Of a DNA stretch of 64,000 nucleotides, positions 30,117-38,017 are shown in pieces; positions within the stretch are counted from its first letter, which is position 1, and each line of letters starts with the position of its first letter. The stretch lies in NCBI GenBank assembly GCA_965649295.1, contig CBFGKH010000002.1:227202-291201 (forward strand), read 5' to 3'. A model generated the notes under the pieces. It made no database searches and had not been told where the DNA came from. It saw nothing but the letters and a program-made list of their open reading frames with translations. This DNA is from a candidate division WOR-3 bacterium. Its GTDB lineage: Bacteria > Hydrothermota > Tepidihabitantia > Tepidihabitantales > Tepidihabitantaceae. The translations under genes were made by a program, and so were the position numbers.

Positions 30117-30770
30117 CTAAGCCCGCAAAAGAGGGTTGGTGAAGTCATACTCGACCTCGCCAATCCGGCGCGCATCACCGCCGATGCCGGCTGGTTTGGA
30201 TTCCTGGGGCAGACGTTGGTCGGCCCAAATTGCCATTGCCCGCCAGTGAGAGATAGGCGCGTCCGGATTCTCGACTACGTAGAGCCAGACAACACGGACG
30301 TTGCGGCGTTGCTGGCGATTGTAAAGCGACAGGGCTTCGAAGAGCGCCCAGTCAATGACCGCTTGTAGTTCCGCTGTGTCTAGGCCTGGTTCAACCCCTA
30401 ACACCAGGGTCAGTCGGTCAATGCCGCGGCTGGGCATTGACCGGCTCTGGATGAGTCGAAACTCTGGTCTGGGGCTGACTGGTGCTGGCAGCATGGGTCC
30501 TTGTTTTCTTGCTGGCCAAAGGAACATTAGCACGATTGCCAACAGTCCAAGCAGCAGCACCACTCGAAAGTAGCCCCTGCCACGAAGCTGCCAGCCGGCC
30601 TGGTGTTTCATGCGTTCGGTCAGGCTTGCGGTCGCGGCAGCCGGTCGGTCTGCTGCCGGCGGGCGGAATTCCTGTCCGCACTGCGGGCAGGAGGAATCAG
30701 TCTCGTTGACTGGCGCATTGCAGTGGAAGCAATGGAGACTGCCGTTACGTTCAACCTTGATAGTTGGCAT
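30117..30770 (-). CDS. Zinc-ribbon single-pass membrane protein
   Basis: CFHC...CPQC, one TM helix, Pro-rich linker; promoter TTGCCA-N16-TAGAAT at 30780-30807. Confidence 0.7.
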   Translation of the reverse strand: MPTIKVERNGSLHCFHCNAPVNETDSSCPQCGQEFRPPAADRPAAATASLTERMKHQAGWQLRGRGYFRVVLLLGLLAIVLMFLWPARKQGPMLPAPVSPRPEFRLIQSRSMPSRGIDRLTLVLGVEPGLDTAELQAVIDWALFEALSLYNRQQRRNVRVVWLYVVENPDAPISHWRAMAIWADQRLPQESKPAGIGGDARRIGEVEYDFTNPLLRA

Positions 30771-30818
30771 CGGCAGTTGATTCTAGCCTCAGCGGTGACC
30801 GTGGCAAGCAGCGGCAGC

Positions 30819-30846
30819 TTGACTAGGTAAGGCGGCTGGCTACAAT
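30819..30846 (+). promoter_or_regulatory. tRNA promoter
   Basis: TTGACT-N16-TACAAT. Confidence 0.7.
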
Positions 30847-30861
30847 CGGACCGCAGCAAGC

Positions 30862-30934
30862 GCCGGCGTGGCTCAGTCGGCAGAGCAGCGGTTTCGTAAA
30901 CCGCAGGTCGTCGGTTCGATTCCGACCGCCGGCT
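30862..30934 (+). tRNA. tRNA-Thr(CGT), CCA not encoded
   Basis: Acceptor GCCGGCG/CGCCGGC, D-arm GCTC/GAGC, anticodon arm GCGGT-TTCGTAA-ACCGC, T-arm GTCGG-TTCGATT-CCGAC. Confidence 0.97.
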
Positions 30935-30977
30935 TTCGGCTGGTAACCTTGACTGACTGTGTCGGGTCAATATCCTC

Positions 30978-32900
30978 TTGATTGATTTGAGTTCCTGTCA
31001 GCGCCGCCTTCTCCTTGCGGCTGGGCTGCTATTGCTACTGGCACTGTCGGTGCGCTACCGGCAGTGCAGTCTGTTTGGTCCGGTGCTGGTGGTGGGAATG
31101 CTCAGCCGGGGGCGTGACCCACGCCGGGAGATTGAGCAGCAGGCGGCTTTCGAGGAGGCGGAACGGGTTCGGGCCGAGCGCAGGGCCGCGGTCGTTTTTG
31201 ACAGTTTTATTGACAGTAGTCCGGTGAGTATTGAGATTTTCGGGGCCGATGGTACTCCGCTGCGTTCGAACAAAGCGGCGGAAAGGTTGCTCGGCAAGGT
31301 GCCGCCGCCCGGTATACCGCTGACCGACGAACGGGGACTGCGGCGAGCCGGCTTGCTCCAGCCGCAACTGGCGCGGGTATTGGCCGGGACGCGCGTCGAG
31401 ACTCCGCCAACCTGGTATGACCCGACCGAGATTGGTCTTGCTGGTATTCCCGGTCGCAAGGTCTGTTTCCGCGCCACGGTCTTCCCACTTTTTGACTCTG
31501 ATGGCAGGGTTGTGCGGATTGCGGTGATGTATGAGGATTTGACCGAGCTCATGCGGTTGAAAGAAGAGTTGAAGGCGGCGCGGGCGACGGTGGTACCGGC
31601 GGTGGCGGCGACGGTAGCGAGTGGGGGGGAGGATGTGCGGGATGTGGAGTTTGGGCGCCGGAAGTTGGAGGCGGCGTTGCGGGAAAGTGAGGAGCGGTAT
31701 CGCTCTTTTGTGGAGTCGGCGCGGGGTTATGTGATTGTCCGGTTTTCAGAGGACGGCCATATTTTGGCTATCAGTCCGTCGGTGGAGGAGTTTTGGGGTA
31801 TCAGGCGGGAGACGATTGTTGCCGATAGTGGGGCGTTTTTCGGCCGGGTGCATCCGGAGGATATCGAGCTGGTGAAAGCGAATGAGGCGCGGGCGCGGCA
31901 GACTGGTACCTATCCCGAGGGTTATCGGTTTCGGGTGGTGAATATGACGACGGGTGCGGTGCGCTGGCTGGAGGCGCGGGGCGCGGCGAGTGTTTTTGCG
32001 GGCCGGCGGGTTTTTGATTTGGTGCTGGTTGATGTGAGTGCGGCTGAGGAGGCGGCGCGGCGGCTGGCTGGGGCGGAGGCGAAGCTTGCGAGTATTGTCG
32101 AAAGTAGTTTCGACGGGGTTTTTGTGCTGGATAAGGACTGGGTGGTGAAGGCGTGGAGCAAGGGGGCTGAGCAGGAGACCCGTTTTGCCGCGGCTGAGGT
32201 GCTGGGTAAGCGGTTGTGGGATGTTTATCCGGAGTTGGAGCGGAGCGGGATGGCTGGGCCGCTGCGTAAGGTGATGCTCGAGCGAAAGCCGCAGTACTTT
32301 GAGGGGTTTTATCAGGATGGCCGGGAGAAGTATGCCGGCTGGTTTGCGGTCAGTTCTTATCCTTACGATGGTGGGTTGCTGGCTTTTGTGCGGAACATTT
32401 CGGCTCGGAAGCGGGCTGAGCTGGCCTGGCAGGAGGCAGAGTCAAAGTTGCGGGCAGTGTTTGACCAGCCCGGTTTGATTGTGGCGCTCAAAGGGAGGGA
32501 TTTGCGGTATCTGGCGGCGAATCAGGCGGCGGCGCGGGCTTTTGGCGCGGGCGCGACGCTTGTGGGTCGGACCGACCCGGAGTTTTTCAATGCCAGGGTG
32601 TCGGCACTCTTGGGTTCGCGGGATAGGGCAGTGCTCGAAAACGGCCGGGGTGATGAATTTGAGATTGCCTTGCCTGACGGGCAGGCGCCGAATGCAAGCT
32701 GGTACCACTTTGTGAAGCAGCCGTGGCGCAATGGTGCTGGGCAGGTGGTGGGCGTACTCGACATTGCTTGGGATGTGACGGCGCGCGTACGGTTGGAGAG
32801 TGAGCTGGCCCGGCGCACGGCGGCGATTGAGAAGCTCGTCGCTGCCGGTGCCGCAACCCTAAAGCAGGCTCAGGACGAGCTGGGCCGCTGGAAGACTTAG
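30978..32900 (+). CDS. Membrane-anchored multi-PAS protein with no output domain
   Basis: N-terminal hydrophobic segment; four PAS/PAC units (SNKAAE, VHPED, WSKGAE, ANQAA..DVTAR); ends in a short coiled coil; start uncertain. Confidence 0.8.
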   Translation: MIDLSSCQRRLLLAAGLLLLLALSVRYRQCSLFGPVLVVGMLSRGRDPRREIEQQAAFEEAERVRAERRAAVVFDSFIDSSPVSIEIFGADGTPLRSNKAAERLLGKVPPPGIPLTDERGLRRAGLLQPQLARVLAGTRVETPPTWYDPTEIGLAGIPGRKVCFRATVFPLFDSDGRVVRIAVMYEDLTELMRLKEELKAARATVVPAVAATVASGGEDVRDVEFGRRKLEAALRESEERYRSFVESARGYVIVRFSEDGHILAISPSVEEFWGIRRETIVADSGAFFGRVHPEDIELVKANEARARQTGTYPEGYRFRVVNMTTGAVRWLEARGAASVFAGRRVFDLVLVDVSAAEEAARRLAGAEAKLASIVESSFDGVFVLDKDWVVKAWSKGAEQETRFAAAEVLGKRLWDVYPELERSGMAGPLRKVMLERKPQYFEGFYQDGREKYAGWFAVSSYPYDGGLLAFVRNISARKRAELAWQEAESKLRAVFDQPGLIVALKGRDLRYLAANQAAARAFGAGATLVGRTDPEFFNARVSALLGSRDRAVLENGRGDEFEIALPDGQAPNASWYHFVKQPWRNGAGQVVGVLDIAWDVTARVRLESELARRTAAIEKLVAAGAATLKQAQDELGRWKT

Positions 32901-32906
32901 TCGGCA

Positions 32907-34682
32907 GTGGTTGGACGGCGGATGACCGGTGGCTGGCGGGTGCGGCCCGGGCAACGCGGTGCGGCCATCGGCTCGCGGTTCTGGCTTTTTGTTGATCGGC
33001 GCGACCTCATCGTTCTCTTTGGCATCGTCCTCTTGGCCTGGCTGGTGCAGACGTTCTTTTTCAACTACACGGTTGACGATGCCTTTATCTCGTTCCGCTA
33101 CTCCCAGAATCTGGCCCGGGGGATGGGGCTTGTCTTCAATCCGGGGGAGCGGGTTGAGGGCTACACGAACTTTCTCTGGACGCTCTGGTGCGCGATTCCT
33201 TTCTTGGCAAAGGTGGATGTGCTGCTCTTTGCCAAGCTATCATTGATGCTCCTTTCTGCCGGTTGCATCGTCTTGACCTATTTTCTGTTCCGGCGGTTGC
33301 AGCACTGGGTTCGCAGCCAAAGAGCGGTTCCTTGTCGTTTTCGGCACCGGTTGGAAAGCTGCCGGCGGTGCCCGTGGCAGGGGCAGGGTTGTATCAGCCG
33401 GCGCCGCTTGCCGCTTTCGCCGCCGCCGCGCTGGCTTGCTTTTGTGCCGGCCGGGCTGGTGGCACTCCACACGTCGTTTACGGTATATGCCGTCAATGGG
33501 ATTGAGACCGTTCTTTTCTGTTTTCTGTTGCTGCTTGGGGCCAATCTGGCGGTGCGGGAGTATGAGCACGGCGGCTGGCTATCGGCGATTGTCTTTGGTC
33601 TGCTTTTTTACACCCGGCCCGAGGGTTTGCTCTTTTTCGGCTTGTTCTGGCTGGGGCGGCTCGGGTTCGGGCGTCGGGACCGGAGTCTTTGGCTCGGACT
33701 GCTTGTTTTTGGACTCATGGCCGCGATGTTGCAAGTCTTCCGACTGGCCTATTTCGGCTCGCCGCTGCCGAACACCTATTATGCCAAGGCCGCGGGCAGG
33801 GTTATTGACCGGGTACTGACCTGGGGTATCCGTTATTTCCGCGACATTGCCAAGAGCGTTCCGAACTGGCCGTATCTGCTGCTGCCGCTGGTCGGTTTCT
33901 TTTTCTGGCGACGGCTACCCGGGCCGGGCCGAGTGCTGCTGCTTGTGCCCTATCTCTATCTTGGTTATGTGCTCTATATCGGCGGCGATGTCAACTTTCC
34001 CTACTACCGGTTTCTGCTCCACGTGCTGCCGTTGCTGGCAGTAGTGGCCGTGCTATCGTTTGCCGGCCGTACGCCGGCGCCGGTGCTCCGGACGCGACAA
34101 GGGGTCGGTCCGGGCCTGGCCCTCGCTTTTGCCGTGATGCTCGCAGTGGCGCAGCTTGCGAACACGGCCGGAGTCTGGCGCGAGCTGAATGCCACTCCGG
34201 AGTCGCCGCGGTTTCGGTACCTCTCAACGATGCCGCTGGCCGGTCATATCTCAATCTATCCTGGGATTGCCGCTCGGCTTCGGGAGGTCTGCCCGCCAGG
34301 CAGCACAGTCGTGATGCAGGATGTTGGCGCGATACCGTTCTATTCTGGGGTGCGCACCTTTGACATCATCGGCCTGGTCAATGGCCCGCTGGCCCGCTAC
34401 TTCCACCGGATGAAGTACTCTGATTATCTGCTCTCCCGATTGCCGGTGGAGCTGATTGCCGAGGTTGACCAGTGGGTCTGTGACCGGATTATCGAGGAGG
34501 AGCAGGCCGAGTTTGTGCTCTACCATGTTGACGCCGGCGACACCGCGCTGCTTCATTACTCATTTCACTTTCACGGGCTGGCTTTTGACCCGCGGTTTCG
34601 GCTGCTCTATGAGCCGATCGAGGTATTCTCCTATCCGAACACCGGTCGCGCCGACCACGTCCTGTTTCGGCGCATGAACTAG
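32907..34682 (+). CDS. GT-C-type polytopic membrane glycosyltransferase-like protein
   Basis: VDDAFISFRYSQNLARG.GLVFNPGERVEGYTNFLW, GIET, TRPEG, LPNTYYAK, RFLLH, DVGAIPFYS..DIIGL; start uncertain. Confidence 0.75.
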   Translation: MVGRRMTGGWRVRPGQRGAAIGSRFWLFVDRRDLIVLFGIVLLAWLVQTFFFNYTVDDAFISFRYSQNLARGMGLVFNPGERVEGYTNFLWTLWCAIPFLAKVDVLLFAKLSLMLLSAGCIVLTYFLFRRLQHWVRSQRAVPCRFRHRLESCRRCPWQGQGCISRRRLPLSPPPRWLAFVPAGLVALHTSFTVYAVNGIETVLFCFLLLLGANLAVREYEHGGWLSAIVFGLLFYTRPEGLLFFGLFWLGRLGFGRRDRSLWLGLLVFGLMAAMLQVFRLAYFGSPLPNTYYAKAAGRVIDRVLTWGIRYFRDIAKSVPNWPYLLLPLVGFFFWRRLPGPGRVLLLVPYLYLGYVLYIGGDVNFPYYRFLLHVLPLLAVVAVLSFAGRTPAPVLRTRQGVGPGLALAFAVMLAVAQLANTAGVWRELNATPESPRFRYLSTMPLAGHISIYPGIAARLREVCPPGSTVVMQDVGAIPFYSGVRTFDIIGLVNGPLARYFHRMKYSDYLLSRLPVELIAEVDQWVCDRIIEEEQAEFVLYHVDAGDTALLHYSFHFHGLAFDPRFRLLYEPIEVFSYPNTGRADHVLFRRMN

Positions 34683-35509
34683 ACCTGGCGGCCGCAAACC
34701 TTGCACGCCCGGCGCTTGGGCGAGAAGAGCGCAGCCAGGGCAAAGAGCAAGGTGGCAACAATCACAATCGTCGCGCCGGACGGAAGTTGGAGATAGTAGG
34801 ACAGGACGATGCCGAGCACGCAGGCGGTGACGCCGGCCAGCCAGGAGAGGAGAAACATCATCCCGTAGCGGCTGGTCAACTGGTAGGCGGTCGCCGCCGG
34901 TGTCACAAGCAGTGCCTCGACGAGGATGATGCCCACGGCCCGGATGGACAGCACCACGGTCAGGGCGAGCAGCCCAAGCAGCACCGCTCCAAGCAACGGT
35001 ACCGGCAGCCCGCTCGCCCTGGCCAGTTCTTCGTCGAAGGCGAGAAACTTCAGCTCCTTGTAGAGCAGGCCAAAAACGCCAAGCACGACGACGCCGAGGC
35101 CGAGCATGAGCAGGAGGTTGCCCGTACTCACGCCCAGCACGTTGCCGAAGAGATAGCCATAGACCCGGGCGTCGTAGCGGCGCAGAAGGCCGATGAAGAG
35201 CACTCCCAGGGCCATCGTGAAGGCGAAGAAGATGCCGATGGCCGCGTCCATCCGCAACTGCGCCCGCTGGGTCGCAGCCTGAATCAGGCCGGCAGTGCCA
35301 AGGCAGAAGAGAATTGCGGCGACGAGGGGGTTTATTCCCAGCAGGAAGCCGAGGGCGACCCCGCCGAACGCGGCGTGGGCGAGTCCGGAACCTGCAAATG
35401 CCATTCCGCGCAGGACCACAAAGACGCCGATAACCGAGCAGGTGGTGCCGACGAGCACGGCGCTGAGAAGCGCCCGCTGCATGAAGCCGTATTCGAAGAT
35501 GCTAGGCAT
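34679..35509 (-). CDS. znuB: Zn/Mn ABC transporter permease (ZnuB-like)
   Basis: FMQRAL, GVFVVLRGMAF..GLAHAAFGG, YLFGNVL, FDEELA, VGIILV, PSGATIV; ATG 35509. Confidence 0.85.
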   Translation of the reverse strand: MPSIFEYGFMQRALLSAVLVGTTCSVIGVFVVLRGMAFAGSGLAHAAFGGVALGFLLGINPLVAAILFCLGTAGLIQAATQRAQLRMDAAIGIFFAFTMALGVLFIGLLRRYDARVYGYLFGNVLGVSTGNLLLMLGLGVVVLGVFGLLYKELKFLAFDEELARASGLPVPLLGAVLLGLLALTVVLSIRAVGIILVEALLVTPAATAYQLTSRYGMMFLLSWLAGVTACVLGIVLSYYLQLPSGATIVIVATLLFALAALFSPKRRACKVCGRQV

Positions 35510-36305
35510 GTTTGTCGCCAACGAGCACGTAGCGGCGGCCGTCTTCCTCAACGAACAGGATTTTGCCGCCGTAGAGATTTTCAAGCATCTGGCGGTTGAG
35601 CACCGCTTCGCAGGTGCCGAATGCCACGAGCCGGCGGTTCAGGTAGAGCACCTTATCAACACAGGGCAGGACCTCGTTGACGTCGTGGGTAACATAGAGC
35701 GTGGTCAGGCGGCGCTGCTCGTGGAGGTTGCGGACAAGCTCGACAATCTCCTGCCGCGTGGCGACATCAACCGCTGCGGTAGGCTCGTCGAGCAGCAGCA
35801 GTTCGGGGTCAGAGACAAGGGCGCGGGCAATGAGCAGCCGTTGTTGTTGGCCGCCGGAAAGATGGCCGGCAACGTGGTCATGGAGTTTGCCAAGCCCAAC
35901 TGCGGCCAAGGCTGCAGCGGCCCGCTGACGATGCCTTAACCCGGGCCGGCGCCCAATCCCAAGCTGACCATAGCAGCCGGTCAGGGCGACGTCGAAGACG
36001 GTAAGCGGAAAGCCAGGGTCAAGCTGCCGGCGCTGCGGCACGTAGCCGATGCGGGAGCGAATGCGGGCAATCTGCCGACCGCTCCTGCCGAGAACGGTTA
36101 CCTGACCCGAACTGGGCTGCACCAGGCCGAGCACGGCTCGCAGCAGGGTGGTCTTGCCTGAGCCGTTCGGCCCGATGATGCCGATGAACTCGCCCGGGCT
36201 GATGCGGAAGCTGACCGATTCGAGCGCCACTGACCGGGGATAGGCAATCGTCGCCTCGGCAAAGACGATGGCCGATTCGGCAGCAGCTCGGGCCGGCTCC
36301 GACAC
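35502..36305 (-). CDS. znuC: Zn/Mn ABC transporter ATPase (ZnuC-like)
   Basis: [32 protein letters not shown]. Confidence 0.85.
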   Translation of the reverse strand: MSEPARAAAESAIVFAEATIAYPRSVALESVSFRISPGEFIGIIGPNGSGKTTLLRAVLGLVQPSSGQVTVLGRSGRQIARIRSRIGYVPQRRQLDPGFPLTVFDVALTGCYGQLGIGRRPGLRHRQRAAAALAAVGLGKLHDHVAGHLSGGQQQRLLIARALVSDPELLLLDEPTAAVDVATRQEIVELVRNLHEQRRLTTLYVTHDVNEVLPCVDKVLYLNRRLVAFGTCEAVLNRQMLENLYGGKILFVEEDGRRYVLVGDKHA

Positions 36306-37780
36306 TACAGCGAGCGCAGCAGTTCGATGATGGTGCGCAACGGCACGCCAGTCGCGCCGGTGCTGATGTAGTCCCAGTCTTCCTTGGTGAACGACGGGCC
36401 GGCGATGTCAATGTGCACCCAGGGGATGCCTTCGCCGACAAACTCCTGCAAGAAGAGGCCGGCGATAATCGTGCCGGCAACGCCGGGCTTGCCGGTGTGC
36501 TTCATGTCAGCAACCTTGCTCTTGAGGTGCTGCCTATAGCGTTCGAAGAGCGGCAGCTCCCAGAAGTATTCGCCCTGGGTCTGGCCGAGCTTGGTGAGCT
36601 TGGCAATGGTTGCCCGGTCGTTGCCGAGCACGCCAGAAACCTCGTCGCCCAGCGCGACGACACAGGCACCGGTCAGGGTGGCAATATCAATCATCAGGTC
36701 CGGCTTGAGAGTCGAGCCGTAGGCGAGACAGTCGGCCAGAAGATGGCGGCCCTCGGCGTCAGTCGAGATTACCTCAGCGGTCTTGCCGTTGTAGTGGCGG
36801 ATGACGTCGCCCGGCTTCTGGGCACTGCCACTGGGCAGGTTCTCAGCAAAGGGCGCAAAGCCGTGGACGGTGATCGGCAGGTCAGCAGTAGCAAGCCACT
36901 TGAACAGCCCCAGCACTGCCGCGGCACCGGCCATGTCGTCTTTCATATACTCCATCCCGGAACCGGGCTTGAGCGAGAGTCCGCCGGAGTCAAAGGTGAT
37001 GCCCTTGCCAATGACGACGACCGTCTTCTTTGACTTGCCTTTGGGCGTGTAGGTGAGGTGCACTAGGCACGGCGGCTGCTGGGAGCCGGCACCGACGCGC
37101 AGGATGCCGCCCATCCCGAGCTTCTCAAGGTCCGCTTGCTGATAGACCTTTACCGCTATCCGACCCGCTACTGCCAGTCCGGCTCCAATCTCGGCCATCT
37201 TCGCCGGCGGCTTGGGGCTCGGCGGCTCGTTCACAAGGTCGCGGGTGAAGTTGACGGCAGCGGCCTTGGCCTGGGCATCGTCCACTGCTTTCTCCATTGT
37301 CGCTGATTTGGTCTTGGGATTACCTAGGACCAAGGTCAGGGTTTCGACCGGATGCGGTTCGTCGGGCTTTGGTGTGCGCCACTTATTGAACCGGTAGCTT
37401 GAGAGCAGAGCCCCTTCGACAATCGCAGCGACAAACTCGGTGAGACTGCCTTTCGCTTCCTTCGGGTCAGGGACGGCCAGGCCAACAGTAGTTGCGCCAA
37501 TCTCCTCGCAACGTTTCAGAATCCTGGCAGTGGCGGCCCGTACCCGTTCGAGCGAGTATTCCTTACGCTTGCCAAGCCCGGCAAGAATCAGCTTCTCATC
37601 GTCGTGGCGGAGGAGGATGGTCTCTTTCGGCTTGGCCGTGAACTTCTCGCCGGCCGCGGTCTGAGCCGCAGCGCGGCCGGCGTCGCTACTGATGCCAAGC
37701 GGGGCAGCATCGCCCTCGAACATCAAGGCGGCCCGGACTTTGCCGGTCCAGGATTTGGTCGTTGCCAGTTCTATTTTCAC
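36305..37780 (-). CDS. pepA: Leucyl aminopeptidase (M17)
   Basis: GKGITFDSGG.SLK, MKDDMAG, TDAEGR, ATLTGA, WVHIDIAG; GTG 37780 after SD AAGGAG; TTGACT-N16-TATCAT upstream. Confidence 0.95.
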   Translation of the reverse strand: MKIELATTKSWTGKVRAALMFEGDAAPLGISSDAGRAAAQTAAGEKFTAKPKETILLRHDDEKLILAGLGKRKEYSLERVRAATARILKRCEEIGATTVGLAVPDPKEAKGSLTEFVAAIVEGALLSSYRFNKWRTPKPDEPHPVETLTLVLGNPKTKSATMEKAVDDAQAKAAAVNFTRDLVNEPPSPKPPAKMAEIGAGLAVAGRIAVKVYQQADLEKLGMGGILRVGAGSQQPPCLVHLTYTPKGKSKKTVVVIGKGITFDSGGLSLKPGSGMEYMKDDMAGAAAVLGLFKWLATADLPITVHGFAPFAENLPSGSAQKPGDVIRHYNGKTAEVISTDAEGRHLLADCLAYGSTLKPDLMIDIATLTGACVVALGDEVSGVLGNDRATIAKLTKLGQTQGEYFWELPLFERYRQHLKSKVADMKHTGKPGVAGTIIAGLFLQEFVGEGIPWVHIDIAGPSFTKEDWDYISTGATGVPLRTIIELLRSL

Positions 37781-38017
37781 TTCGACTCCTTTGCGCTGGT
37801 GGTCAATTGAGTAGATGATAGGTAGGCCGGCAACTGAGTCAAGCCACTGGGCCACCGGCCAGCACCAGATTACTGCTCCCTTGACAAACTGCTGGCCCGG
37901 CCAAGAATGATGTAGTGCGAGTTCCGTAGCCAGGGTGCTGCGGCCGCACCTGCCCGTCAGCCTCGGCGGTGACTAGCGGGCGCTGATTAGACCGCCAGCT
38001 TGCGTAAGGAGGCCAAG

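Noticed and set aside
30862..30980. Genomic island integrated at tRNA-Thr
   Set aside because: No integrase and no duplicated tRNA 3' end seen in the window
29400..31000. Replication origin suggested by the skew switch
   Set aside because: Skew follows gene direction and recurs elsewhere; no DnaA-box cluster or AT-rich unwinding element seen
37915..38005. Riboswitch in the fibre gene leader
   Set aside because: A hairpin (GCCCG/CGGGC) is present but I recognise no known aptamer consensus; needs an Rfam search
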